This document shows, piece by piece, positions 6,811-15,229 of a stretch of 64,000 nt of DNA. Below the pieces are notes generated by a model. That model made no database searches. It was not told where the DNA came from and saw only the letters and a list, made by a program, of their open reading frames with translations. Every line of letters begins with the position of its first letter. Position 1 is the first letter of the stretch. Position numbers and translations under genes: made by a program. The DNA comes from Patescibacteria group bacterium (GTDB lineage: Bacteria > Patescibacteriota > Minisyncoccia > Phycocordibacterales > DATDWN01): assembly GCA_040384485.1 (NCBI GenBank), contig JAZKJH010000003.1:71556-135555 (forward strand), written 5' to 3'.

Positions 6811-8343
6811 ATGAACACGAACCGTCAAGCAACTGCACCCGTGATAGTGAAAACTTTCGCTCCGCAAGGTCTACAGTTCTTGGACTTGGGCGCCTTGCGT
6901 GGATATATGGAGGCCAAGGACTATGACTTGGATGTGGTCTCAAAGTTTGCAGAACGTGGAGTATTTGCTCCCCTGTTTGCAGACTTGGTACTCAGAACAG
7001 GCGGCTTGGATAACGAACTGTTGAATCAGTTCGGCCAAGCACTACAGCATGTTCCCCCAACAAAACTGGAATCATACACAGGTTCTGACACCCAGAACAG
7101 TCGTATCGATTCAGCGATTGCCAACAGTGGAATCGCTCGTGATGTAAAGCGGTATGGTGAAGGGTCAGCAAGTTTCTTTGAAACGAAGTCTGTTATTCCG
7201 ACATCAATCAGAAACGTTCCTATTGCCATCGTTGGCTATGGAGCAGCTGGTATTATCGCTGGATACGCCCTGAGCAAATTGGGGTTCCAAAGAATCACAG
7301 TGTATGAAAAAGGGAAAAATCTCGGAATTTGGAGCTACAAGAACGTTTTTGAACTTTCTCGTAACAATCCTTTGAGATTGCAATTTTTCAACAGTGTTCT
7401 TGATCCGGCACCAGGAGGAGGAATCGAGGTTCGAGACTTCCTATCCAGGCTGGCAATTCTGAACACAGTCGACGCAAGGGTTGTTAAGATCCAGCCAGGC
7501 AAAATGAAGCACAAGCTGGTCTTCTCCGACAAAAGCACGGCCGAATATCCAATCGTGGTTAATGCGGTCGGCTTGGGAAAACCAAGACCAGTTTCTGACC
7601 CCGCACGAATGGTTACGGAAACTGGACAGGCACATGCTGGTGCCAGATGGCAACAGCAATTGAGAGTGGAGGATGTTGCTGGACAACAGATTGTTTTGAT
7701 CGGCTTAGGAAATTCAACAGCCGAAATGCTCCAGCAAATCCACACCCTCATCGACGACGGCTACTATGTCGACTACCGTGTGCTTACACATTACCCAGAA
7801 GAAGCTGTCTACAATCCCTCAACTTACGTTGAGGAAGATGGGCGAACATTCCGGGTGTTTCGAGACACATCAAAACCAAATCTCGTTGACTACCAAGGAG
7901 ATTTGGCACGTTCCAGATATGATTACTTTCGTGCACTACACGAAGGTAAAATCATTTCGGGAGTTAAACGCTGGGAAGTAAAAACGCCAGGAGTCATGGC
8001 AATTTACGGGAAAAACAGAAAAAATCTCGGTAAGTTGCCGTTCGACAAAGTAATGACTCTTATTGGTTATCATCAAGGAAAGGACGAGATGCAAAATCTC
8101 GGATGTTCCTATGATGAAAAGCAGGGCAGTGGAGTGTTCGACTATGATGGCGAAGTCGCCGGCATGCCAGGAAACTCCGATCCAAAGAAACGCCTTCACA
8201 AGGGATACTTTGGGTTTGGTTCTATCCTGGAAACACCCCTTAACCCGAATGCGATCGTAATTCCTGGAATGCTTCACCGCATCGGGGACCTGGCATTCAG
8301 TGTGATTATGCGAGCAGCAGAATTTCGAAATAAAGATCTGTAG
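6811..8343 (+). CDS. FAD/NAD(P)-binding oxidoreductase (flavin monooxygenase / pyridine-nucleotide-disulfide oxidoreductase-like)
   Basis: 510 aa; first dinucleotide-binding motif IAIVGYGAAGIIAGYAL, second VLIGLGNSTAEM; GC-richer than the host genes. Confidence 0.6.
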   Translation: MNTNRQATAPVIVKTFAPQGLQFLDLGALRGYMEAKDYDLDVVSKFAERGVFAPLFADLVLRTGGLDNELLNQFGQALQHVPPTKLESYTGSDTQNSRIDSAIANSGIARDVKRYGEGSASFFETKSVIPTSIRNVPIAIVGYGAAGIIAGYALSKLGFQRITVYEKGKNLGIWSYKNVFELSRNNPLRLQFFNSVLDPAPGGGIEVRDFLSRLAILNTVDARVVKIQPGKMKHKLVFSDKSTAEYPIVVNAVGLGKPRPVSDPARMVTETGQAHAGARWQQQLRVEDVAGQQIVLIGLGNSTAEMLQQIHTLIDDGYYVDYRVLTHYPEEAVYNPSTYVEEDGRTFRVFRDTSKPNLVDYQGDLARSRYDYFRALHEGKIISGVKRWEVKTPGVMAIYGKNRKNLGKLPFDKVMTLIGYHQGKDEMQNLGCSYDEKQGSGVFDYDGEVAGMPGNSDPKKRLHKGYFGFGSILETPLNPNAIVIPGMLHRIGDLAFSVIMRAAEFRNKDL

Positions 8344-8462
8344 TTTGTGATAACAGATTACCAACCAAATCTTCAGCAAGTCCGTTAAGGCATTGTTGAA
8401 GATTTTTTCTTTACTTATAACCTACTCTACTTTTATATTGTTAAGTTTAGTATAATTAATTT

Positions 8463-8918
8463 ATGGAAAAAATTTCTTGGAAAACAATAGAATACTTACA
8501 TCAAGAAAAAACAACTGATTGGTATTGGATTGTAGGCATAATTACAGTCTCTATAGCAATAATATCTATTCTTCTTAATAATCTGATATTTGCAATACTT
8601 ATACTCGTAGCGTCTTTCACACTGACACTTTTTGCATCAAAAAAACCTGAGATAATGCTAGTCGAGCTAAACGACAAACATATCATGTTTGGAAAAACTA
8701 AATTTCCATACAAAGAACTTGACGCTTTTTGGATTGAAACTAAGGATGGAATGCCGAGAATTATACTGAAATCAAAAAAGCTTTTCATGCCATATATCTC
8801 TATTTTCCTAGAAGAAACTGATCCTGAAAAAGTGCAAGAGTTTTTAATTACAAAACTAGAATCAGAAGAAATGTCAGAGCCTTTGTTTGAAAAAGTGCTT
8901 GTGTACCTAGGTTTCTAA
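8463..8918 (+). CDS. Hypothetical membrane protein
   Basis: 151 aa, two adjacent TM helices near the N-terminus, AT-rich host-like composition. Confidence 0.45.
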   Translation: MEKISWKTIEYLHQEKTTDWYWIVGIITVSIAIISILLNNLIFAILILVASFTLTLFASKKPEIMLVELNDKHIMFGKTKFPYKELDAFWIETKDGMPRIILKSKKLFMPYISIFLEETDPEKVQEFLITKLESEEMSEPLFEKVLVYLGF

Positions 8919-8958
8919 TTCTGGAAATGGATAAGCTTGTGTGTTAGTCTCTTTAAAC

Positions 8959-9030
8959 GCTCCCGTAGTTTAATGGATAGAATGTTGGCCTGCGAAGCTG
9001 GCGATCCAGGTTCGATTCCTGGCGGGAGCA
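8959..9030 (+). tRNA. tRNA, 72 nt, anticodon loop CTGCGAA (reads as Arg-GCG); anticodon stem has 3 G-U pairs, so it is possibly a variant/pseudo-tRNA
   Basis: Acceptor GCTCCCG/CGGGAGC; perfect T-arm CCAGG-TTCGATT-CCTGG; D-arm GTTT-AATGGATA-GAAT. The anticodon stem TTGGC/GCTGG is mostly wobble pairs. Confidence 0.55.
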
Positions 9031-9076
9031 CAAATAAAAAAACCACTAACAGTGGTTTTTTTATTTGTGCTCCCGC
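9022..9076. repeat. Perfect 26-bp inverted repeat (55 bp with 3-nt loop) that includes the last 9 nt of the tRNA; functions at least as a terminator
   Basis: GCGGGAGCACAAATAAAAAAACCACT-aac-AGTGGTTTTTTTATTTGTGCTCCCGC, arms exactly complementary. Confidence 0.8.
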
Positions 9077-9149
9077 AGAAAGCCGTGGGTACGGCTTTAG
9101 TCAGGAATCGAAAACTTGTGATAGTTTTTGTGAACAATGTGAAACAAAA

Positions 9150-9345
9150 ACGGAACAAGTGTACCGTTCATGTAATGAAAGATTCCGGCGGCAAATATCC
9201 CTGACCACAGATGTCTTCATGTACCATTCACATAATGAAAAATTCCTGTTGGTGAAATTTTTTCCAAGAAGTGAGATATCCTGGCAACAAATATCCCTGA
9301 CCACAGATGCCTGCATGTACCATTTATGTAACGAAATGTCCCCAA
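9150..9345. repeat. Tandem direct repeat, unit ~93 bp, ~2.5 copies
   Basis: caaatatccctgaccacagatg(t/c)ct(t/g)catgtaccatt.a..taa.gaaa occurs at ~9193 and ~9286, with a partial third copy at ~9160. Confidence 0.7.
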
Positions 9346-9351
9346 CCCCAC

Positions 9352-9762
9352 CTACCCCCTCTTCTTAGACAAATAATTTGCCTTAGACCTTTTAGTTATT
9401 GCCAACACACCTATAACAACAATGTATGTTGTATATATTTCGCTTGGCATTTTATAAATATCGCTATAAAATATTTGTAGTATAAAAAGACCTACCACAA
9501 GAATAGTCCAAAAAAATACATAAAATTCGCCAGGATGTCGCCCGACATTTGTATCATGCCATCTTTCAAACTCTTTCTGGGCACTATAAATAGCCAGAAC
9601 TGCCATATAAATAGAAGAGACTGGGCCGATAAGATTTATCATTGAGTTGTGCCCTATAAAATCTAAGATAATAAGTGTATATAGAGCAAGGGTCCAGAAA
9701 TTAACCAAATGTCTCCAGACTCCAACACTTAACAAGGAATCTTTTTTATTTTTTGGGCTCAT
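9352..9762 (-). CDS. Hypothetical membrane protein (4 TM)
   Basis: 136-aa ORF, multiple hydrophobic helices. Confidence 0.45.
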   Translation of the reverse strand: MSPKNKKDSLLSVGVWRHLVNFWTLALYTLIILDFIGHNSMINLIGPVSSIYMAVLAIYSAQKEFERWHDTNVGRHPGEFYVFFWTILVVGLFILQIFYSDIYKMPSEIYTTYIVVIGVLAITKRSKANYLSKKRG

Positions 9763-9807
9763 GTTGTCTTCAAGTATACCAAAAAACCGCTTTCGCGGTC
9801 TTTTGTT

Positions 9808-10068
9808 TTATCCCCTCTTTATCATTGCGTTGATTCTTGATTTCTTTCTTCCGGCTGTATTTGCTTTAAGCAATCCTGTCTTTACTGATTTATCTAGAAT
9901 TTTTTGAACCTTTGGCATTAGTGCTCTGGCTTCATCTAGTTTTTTGTCTGCAACAAGTTTTTTTACTTGTTTAACTGCTTTGTTTATTTGCTCTTTTTTT
10001 GCAGTATTGAAACCTCTTTTTGTTTTAGAGGATCTAAGAGCTTTTTTAGCTGATGTTGTTATTGGCAT
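9808..10068 (-). CDS. rpsT: 30S ribosomal protein S20
   Basis: 86 aa, basic, MPITTSAKKALRSSKTKRGFN...; matches the S20 pattern (SAKKR...K...N) and length. Confidence 0.7.
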   Translation of the reverse strand: MPITTSAKKALRSSKTKRGFNTAKKEQINKAVKQVKKLVADKKLDEARALMPKVQKILDKSVKTGLLKANTAGRKKSRINAMIKRG

Positions 10069-10156
10069 ATCGGCAATACTATACCATAGTATGAATTTTG
10101 TCTACCCCTATAAACCCATACTTCTACTACCAATACAAATAAGGTAATATATACCT

Positions 10157-10708
10157 ATGATTGGCTACCTAAAGGGCACTATTCTTCACACAGACGACAG
10201 ATTCATTATCTTGGATGTGTCAGGGGTTGGATATAAGGTTTTTACCAATACCGCCTTCGTAAATACAGCCAAGGAGGTATCTTTTTGGACATATCTGGCT
10301 GTTAGGGAAACGGCTTTAGACCTATACGGTTTTCAAACCAAGGAAGAAATGGATTTTTTTGAGCTTCTTATAACAGTATCTGGAATAGGGCCGAAATCAG
10401 CGTTAAGTATCATGGGACTCGCGACTCTAAAAAACCTACGTCAGGCTATTAAAACTGGTGACGTGGGACATTTGGTAAAAGTATCGGGGGTTGGAAAGAA
10501 GAATGCTGAAAAAATTGTTGTTGAACTTAAAGACAAGATTGGAGATATTGAGTTCGGTGTAGGAGAAGGAGTATCGGACATGGATGCGCTAGAAGCCCTG
10601 AAGTCTCTAGGCTACAACGAAAAAGATGCTCGGGAAGTTTTGAAAAAAGTTTCTGATGTGTCTGATACTGGGGAAAAGGTTCGTAAAGCCTTGAAACTCT
10701 TGAGTTAA
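10157..10708 (+). CDS. ruvA: Holliday junction DNA helicase RuvA
   Basis: MIGYLKGTI... N-terminal OB domain, HhH motifs (ITVSGIGPKSAL, VSGVGKKNAEKIV), C-terminal domain III. Confidence 0.85.
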   Translation: MIGYLKGTILHTDDRFIILDVSGVGYKVFTNTAFVNTAKEVSFWTYLAVRETALDLYGFQTKEEMDFFELLITVSGIGPKSALSIMGLATLKNLRQAIKTGDVGHLVKVSGVGKKNAEKIVVELKDKIGDIEFGVGEGVSDMDALEALKSLGYNEKDAREVLKKVSDVSDTGEKVRKALKLLS

Positions 10709-10725
10709 TTTGTATATTTAATTTT

Positions 10726-11625
10726 ATGCCAGAACTACCAGAAGTTGAGAATTTACGACTTGGCTTGGAGAAACACATACTTGGTCAAAAAATACTTTCG
10801 ATAAAAATATCTAAACCAAAACTTGTTTCGGGAAAAGGAACTCTTCGTTCCCCTTCCAAGAAAAAGGTGGATGAGTTTATAAACAACCTTACCAACGAAA
10901 AATTTTTAGGTGTGGACAGGCGTGCCAAAAATTTAATATTTAAGCTAAGTCATGACAAAATTATTTTAGCTCATTTGAAAATGACTGGGCAATTTATATA
11001 CAAAAGTAAGTCTGGGAATAAGACTGTTGTAGGTGGTCACCCGATAGAACTTTCCGAGTCTACCCTACCTAACAAGCACAGCCACATAATATTCGAACTA
11101 GAGAAAGGAACCTTGTACTACAATGACACTCGAATGTTCGGGTATGTAATCTACTACCCAAACATGTCGGCACTTGAAACAGAGAAACATTTTGACAAAC
11201 TGGGTGTGGAACCGACTACTCCCGAATTTACTTTAAAATATTTTGAAGACGCCCTTAAAAACAAAAAAGGTAAAATAAAAACAGTATTGATGAACCAGGA
11301 AGTGGTGACTGGAGTCGGAAACATCTACGCTGATGAAAGCCTTTTTGAAGCAGGTATAAACCCGAGTAGAAGCGCGCTGAGTCTTACCCATGAAGAGCTG
11401 GCTAAACTTCATAAAGCAATAAAGAGAATAATAACGAAGGCCATAAAAGTTGGAGGATCTTCTGTGGCAACCTACAGACTAATAGATGACTCGCAAGGAA
11501 ACTATGCTCGTGAACATAAAGTTTATGGAAAACATGGCAAGGAATGTGTAGTGTGCAAAAAAATCCTAGAAAAGACTACCATCAACACTCGTACAACGGT
11601 ATTCTGTTTACAGTGCCAGAAATAA
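10726..11625 (+). CDS. mutM: Formamidopyrimidine-DNA glycosylase (Fpg/MutM/Nei family)
   Basis: MPELPEVE catalytic N-terminus, H2TH region, C-terminal zinc finger CVVCKK...CLQCQK. Confidence 0.85.
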   Translation: MPELPEVENLRLGLEKHILGQKILSIKISKPKLVSGKGTLRSPSKKKVDEFINNLTNEKFLGVDRRAKNLIFKLSHDKIILAHLKMTGQFIYKSKSGNKTVVGGHPIELSESTLPNKHSHIIFELEKGTLYYNDTRMFGYVIYYPNMSALETEKHFDKLGVEPTTPEFTLKYFEDALKNKKGKIKTVLMNQEVVTGVGNIYADESLFEAGINPSRSALSLTHEELAKLHKAIKRIITKAIKVGGSSVATYRLIDDSQGNYAREHKVYGKHGKECVVCKKILEKTTINTRTTVFCLQCQK

Positions 11626-11668
11626 TACTCAGATACTTTTATTAAGTTTTCATTGTATAATACAAAGC

Positions 11669-12538
11669 ATGAAGGATGATATGTTGGGATTACTTATTAT
11701 ATTGGGGATAATCGCCATAGCTTTATATGGTGGTATAAACAATAGTAAAGAAAACTTAGCTGCAAGTGACAATACAAATTCCCCAAAGACCACCCAAAAA
11801 ACTATTCGGGAGACTGAGAATCAGATCACTGAACTCAAAAAACAATTGAAAGCTGAGGAAGCGAAAGTGACCCAAAGCAAGTATAAGGATGTAGTAATTC
11901 TTGCCCTACTTTCACGTTCAAGTAATCCCAGTAAAGAATACGTGGCTATCCGAGTAAACAGTAGAGCTACGACTACAATCCCAGTTACGGGTTGGACCAT
12001 AAAAACTAACTACGGAGACACGGTTGTTATTCCAAAAGCTTCATATTTATTCTTTTCAGGAATGCCCAATTCAGAAGAAAATGTTTTTCTGAACAGCAAA
12101 GATGTTCTTTATATAGTTACTGGTCACTCCCCTATAGGAGTTGGGTTCCGAACTAACAAATGCACAGGATACTTGGACCAGTTCCAATCGTTTACACCAT
12201 ATCTAAAAGATAACTGTCCGCTGGCTGAAAAAGAAGCTCCTTTATATATACCAAACAACACCGGCAACACTGCTTGCCTCAAATACATTGATTCGTTGCG
12301 ACAATGTCAAATCAATACAAAAAACATACCGGTGAGTTGGACTGGAGAATGTAAAAACTTTATTGATCAAAAAATAGGATACCCAGCTTGTATACAAACT
12401 TATAAGAACGATCCTGATTTTTATGAAAACGAGTGGCGAGTATACCTAAAAAGAAGTTCTAGTATATGGACTGCCAGAAACCTGACATTAACTCTTTATG
12501 ACAACGAGGGTAAAATAGTGGATATCCTAGAAAGATAG
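11669..12538 (+). CDS. Secreted/anchored hypothetical protein with coiled coil and lamin-tail-domain-like segment
   Basis: N-terminal TM; heptad-like ENQITELKKQLKAEEAKV; EYVAIRVNS...TIPVTGWTIKTNYGDTVVIP resembles LTD beta-sandwich motifs; several Cys. Confidence 0.45.
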   Translation: MKDDMLGLLIILGIIAIALYGGINNSKENLAASDNTNSPKTTQKTIRETENQITELKKQLKAEEAKVTQSKYKDVVILALLSRSSNPSKEYVAIRVNSRATTTIPVTGWTIKTNYGDTVVIPKASYLFFSGMPNSEENVFLNSKDVLYIVTGHSPIGVGFRTNKCTGYLDQFQSFTPYLKDNCPLAEKEAPLYIPNNTGNTACLKYIDSLRQCQINTKNIPVSWTGECKNFIDQKIGYPACIQTYKNDPDFYENEWRVYLKRSSSIWTARNLTLTLYDNEGKIVDILER

Positions 12539-12540
12539 AC

Positions 12541-13026
12541 CTAGATTCCGAGCATCCTAAACAACGCTACACCAAAAGCAACAGACACATTGAGGGATTC
12601 TTTTTCACCGCGCATTGGTATTTCAACGACCTCGTCGCACAAAGATATAGTTTTTTTATCTATCCCCTCCACCTCGTTTCCAACAATAAACAGAACTGGG
12701 GATTTTATTTTTATTTTTTTATAGTCCACTGATTTTTTGTCTTGCTCTATTCCCACAACAAACACCCCATCTTTTTTTAATTTCTTGATGACTTTTGCTG
12801 GGTTCTCAATGTATTCCCAAGGAATAGTTTTTTCAGCCCCAAGAGCAACTTTAGCAATATCCTTTCTTGGTTTGTTGAACTTATCTATAGGAGTTGGTGT
12901 GTAACCAGATAGATATATTTTGGACACACCCAAAGCGTCCGCGGTTCTAAAAATAGATCCGACGTTATGAGTGCTTCGTATGTCGTGTAGTAAAACAAAA
13001 ACTTCTTTCATGTCTTGAATATACAT
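12541..13026 (-). CDS. SpoU/TrmH-family RNA 2'-O-methyltransferase (minimal form)
   Basis: 161 aa; SPOUT motifs HNVGSIFRTADALGV, IVGNEVEGI, ESLNVSVAFGVALF. Confidence 0.75.
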   Translation of the reverse strand: MYIQDMKEVFVLLHDIRSTHNVGSIFRTADALGVSKIYLSGYTPTPIDKFNKPRKDIAKVALGAEKTIPWEYIENPAKVIKKLKKDGVFVVGIEQDKKSVDYKKIKIKSPVLFIVGNEVEGIDKKTISLCDEVVEIPMRGEKESLNVSVAFGVALFRMLGI

Positions 13027-13105
13027 TAAACTGTGAAATTTGAAAGATGTAACATTTTAGGGGGCTAATGCATTATACTTAGTATAGCTATATATTAATT
13101 AGAAT

Positions 13106-13600
13106 ATGACATTGGACAAAAACCACATAAGTGAGCTGTGGGACAAGATAACCCCTAAATTGTATGGGTATTTGGTCCGCACTCTGGGAGACAAGGATTT
13201 GGCACAGGATATCCTACAGACAACATGGCTAAAAGCCATGCAGAGTCTTCCGACCTTTGGAAACAAGGGTGAAGTAAACTTCTCTGCCTGGTTATTTGCT
13301 ATAGCCAGAAACGAATGCAAGCAACACTGGCGAAAAGGAGAAAGAGAAATACCTTTTGATGAATCCCTGCACGACAGAACTGAAATTTCAACAAAAACTC
13401 AAGACAAAATATTTATAGAGCAAATACTTTCGCAGTTATCTAAAAATGACCAGGAATTAATTAAACTGCGCTACATCTCTGACTTACCACTAAACAATAT
13501 TGCGAAAATTCTTAAAATAAATCCTGTAGCTGTACGAGTAAGAATGCACCGAGCATTAACCGAAGCAAAACTTATACTTAAAAACCAATACCATGTTTAA
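13106..13600 (+). CDS. ECF-type RNA polymerase sigma factor (sigma-70 regions 2 and 4)
   Basis: Region 2 (DLAQDILQTTWLKAMQ...FSAWLFAIARN) and region 4 HTH (LNNIAKILKINPVAVRVRMHRAL). Confidence 0.8.
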   Translation: MTLDKNHISELWDKITPKLYGYLVRTLGDKDLAQDILQTTWLKAMQSLPTFGNKGEVNFSAWLFAIARNECKQHWRKGEREIPFDESLHDRTEISTKTQDKIFIEQILSQLSKNDQELIKLRYISDLPLNNIAKILKINPVAVRVRMHRALTEAKLILKNQYHV

Positions 13601-14786
13601 TAAAAAAATACATAATACATTTAAAAAATGGGGTGAAAAACAAGTGGAGTTTCCTCCTAACAACGAGGTCTTAAAATCGCTCATCCTTGAACAAGTTCCA
13701 AACAGAACAAGTGCCCTTGTTTCCACCACAAAACATAGACAACCTTGGTTTTTCTATGCATTTACAGCAATGGCTGTGCTGACTTTTGTTATAAACTCGC
13801 AACCTTCTTTTTTGAGCAAGATGGACTTGGGAGACGAATTTGTTGTAGCTCCTATGGCGCCACAGGATGCAAGTATGGCTCCTGAATACGCCTACCCAAC
13901 TGTCACCACTGGAAGCACGGCTGGTAGAGACTCGGTCATATATGACCCTTACTATCCCTACCCATACCCCCAGAACCCAAACATTACTGACACCAGAGAA
14001 TTCTCTAAAATTTATTACAACCCCACCCTACAAACGCGGGAGGTAAATGATGTGCGCGGTGAAGTCGAAAGAGTGGTTAGAAATTCTGATGGACGAGTGG
14101 ATTCATCTACCAGTGGAGAAAAATCTGGATACGTAAGTTTTGTTGTACCGAAAGACCGACTAGAATCATTTAAAGATGAGATAGAGAGTTTGGTAGGAAG
14201 TCGGTTCTACATAGAACAGACAAATACCCAAAACATGTTACCGCAGAAGCAAGCTATCGAACAAAGCTTGGAACAACTCGATACAACACTTAAGTCCTTG
14301 ATCAAAGATAGAGATGGAATTGTTAAAAACCACAATCAAAATATTTCGGCTTATAACAAAAGACTTGAATACATAAATTCAGAGATTGCTCGACTTAACA
14401 ATGAAAAGGTATTCTACCCTGCACTGGAGGAGGAAAACACAAAAAGAATATCCGCACTACAGAATGAGATTTTCGCAATTCAAAAAGAGATTTCAAGTGA
14501 AAATCATACTTATCAAACAAACAAAAACAATATTGATAACAGCATAAAATACACCGAGCAAAGTTTGGATTACACAAAAACACAAGACAAGAATCTGATG
14601 CTGGATGTAGAAACAGTAACTGGAAGTGTTTCTATTCAATGGATAAGTCTGTGGGACTACGTTGACACCTACTTCCCCGGAGCACTCTTGGGTTGGGTGT
14701 TTATGGCACTTGCTGTTGTTGCCTACTTCTGGAATAGAAATAGAAAAGATACAGCTACTGATTACTATGCCGAATTAAAATTGTAA
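13593..14786 (+). CDS. Putative anti-sigma factor / DUF4349-like bitopic membrane protein
   Basis: Overlaps sigma gene by 8 nt; N-terminal segment, TM (WFFYAFTAMAVLTFVI), coiled-coil-rich extracytoplasmic region, C-terminal TM (LLGWVFMALAVVAYFW). Confidence 0.55.
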   Translation: MFNKKIHNTFKKWGEKQVEFPPNNEVLKSLILEQVPNRTSALVSTTKHRQPWFFYAFTAMAVLTFVINSQPSFLSKMDLGDEFVVAPMAPQDASMAPEYAYPTVTTGSTAGRDSVIYDPYYPYPYPQNPNITDTREFSKIYYNPTLQTREVNDVRGEVERVVRNSDGRVDSSTSGEKSGYVSFVVPKDRLESFKDEIESLVGSRFYIEQTNTQNMLPQKQAIEQSLEQLDTTLKSLIKDRDGIVKNHNQNISAYNKRLEYINSEIARLNNEKVFYPALEEENTKRISALQNEIFAIQKEISSENHTYQTNKNNIDNSIKYTEQSLDYTKTQDKNLMLDVETVTGSVSIQWISLWDYVDTYFPGALLGWVFMALAVVAYFWNRNRKDTATDYYAELKL

Positions 14787-14816
14787 ATTTGTCTGCATTA
14801 TATATAATGTACACAT

Positions 14817-15170
14817 ATGAACACATTATCTTTTTTCCCAGACCTGCTTACATTTAGTATGGTCGGACCCTTACTTATCAGACTTTCAGTTGGTTTTTTT
14901 ATTCTTTATTTAGGTAGAGAAAGGTTACAGAAACCTGTGGGGTTTGTTTCTATTTTTTATTTTGCTTGTGCATTGTTTTTAATGGTTGGCTTGTATACTC
15001 AGCTGGCGGCAATACTTGGGATTATCATTTTGAAAATTGATTTTTATTCCAAACGAATAGGCGTGTTCAGTGACATGAATATGTTTTTCCTTTACGCCGT
15101 CTCTATAACGGTTCTACTTTCCCTACTCTTCACTGGACCTGGATTTATGGCTTTTGATTTGCCACTGTAG
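14817..15170 (+). CDS. DoxX-like small membrane protein
   Basis: 117 aa, 4 TM, LIRLSVGFFILYLGRERL resembles the DoxX family motif. Confidence 0.45.
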   Translation: MNTLSFFPDLLTFSMVGPLLIRLSVGFFILYLGRERLQKPVGFVSIFYFACALFLMVGLYTQLAAILGIIILKIDFYSKRIGVFSDMNMFFLYAVSITVLLSLLFTGPGFMAFDLPL

Positions 15171-15229
15171 GATATATCTAGTTTTTATTGCTGTCGGTAA
15201 AAATACTGACTGCATGAAAATGTTAAGGG

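Noticed and set aside
2200-8350. Integrated prophage or ICE
   Set aside because: No integrase, recombinase, transposase, capsid, terminase or conjugation genes are present, only tRNA-end debris. It is better described as an old genomic island than as an identifiable mobile element.
9150-9345. Possible CRISPR array
   Set aside because: Repeat unit is ~93 bp with no short unique spacers of uniform length, there are only ~2.5 copies, and no cas genes are anywhere in the window.
8937-9368. 143-aa plus-strand ORF and 62/71-aa minus-strand ORFs
   Set aside because: They are translations of the tRNA (GSIPGG = T-arm), of the 26-bp perfect palindrome read in both directions, and of the 93-bp tandem repeats. 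They are not genes.
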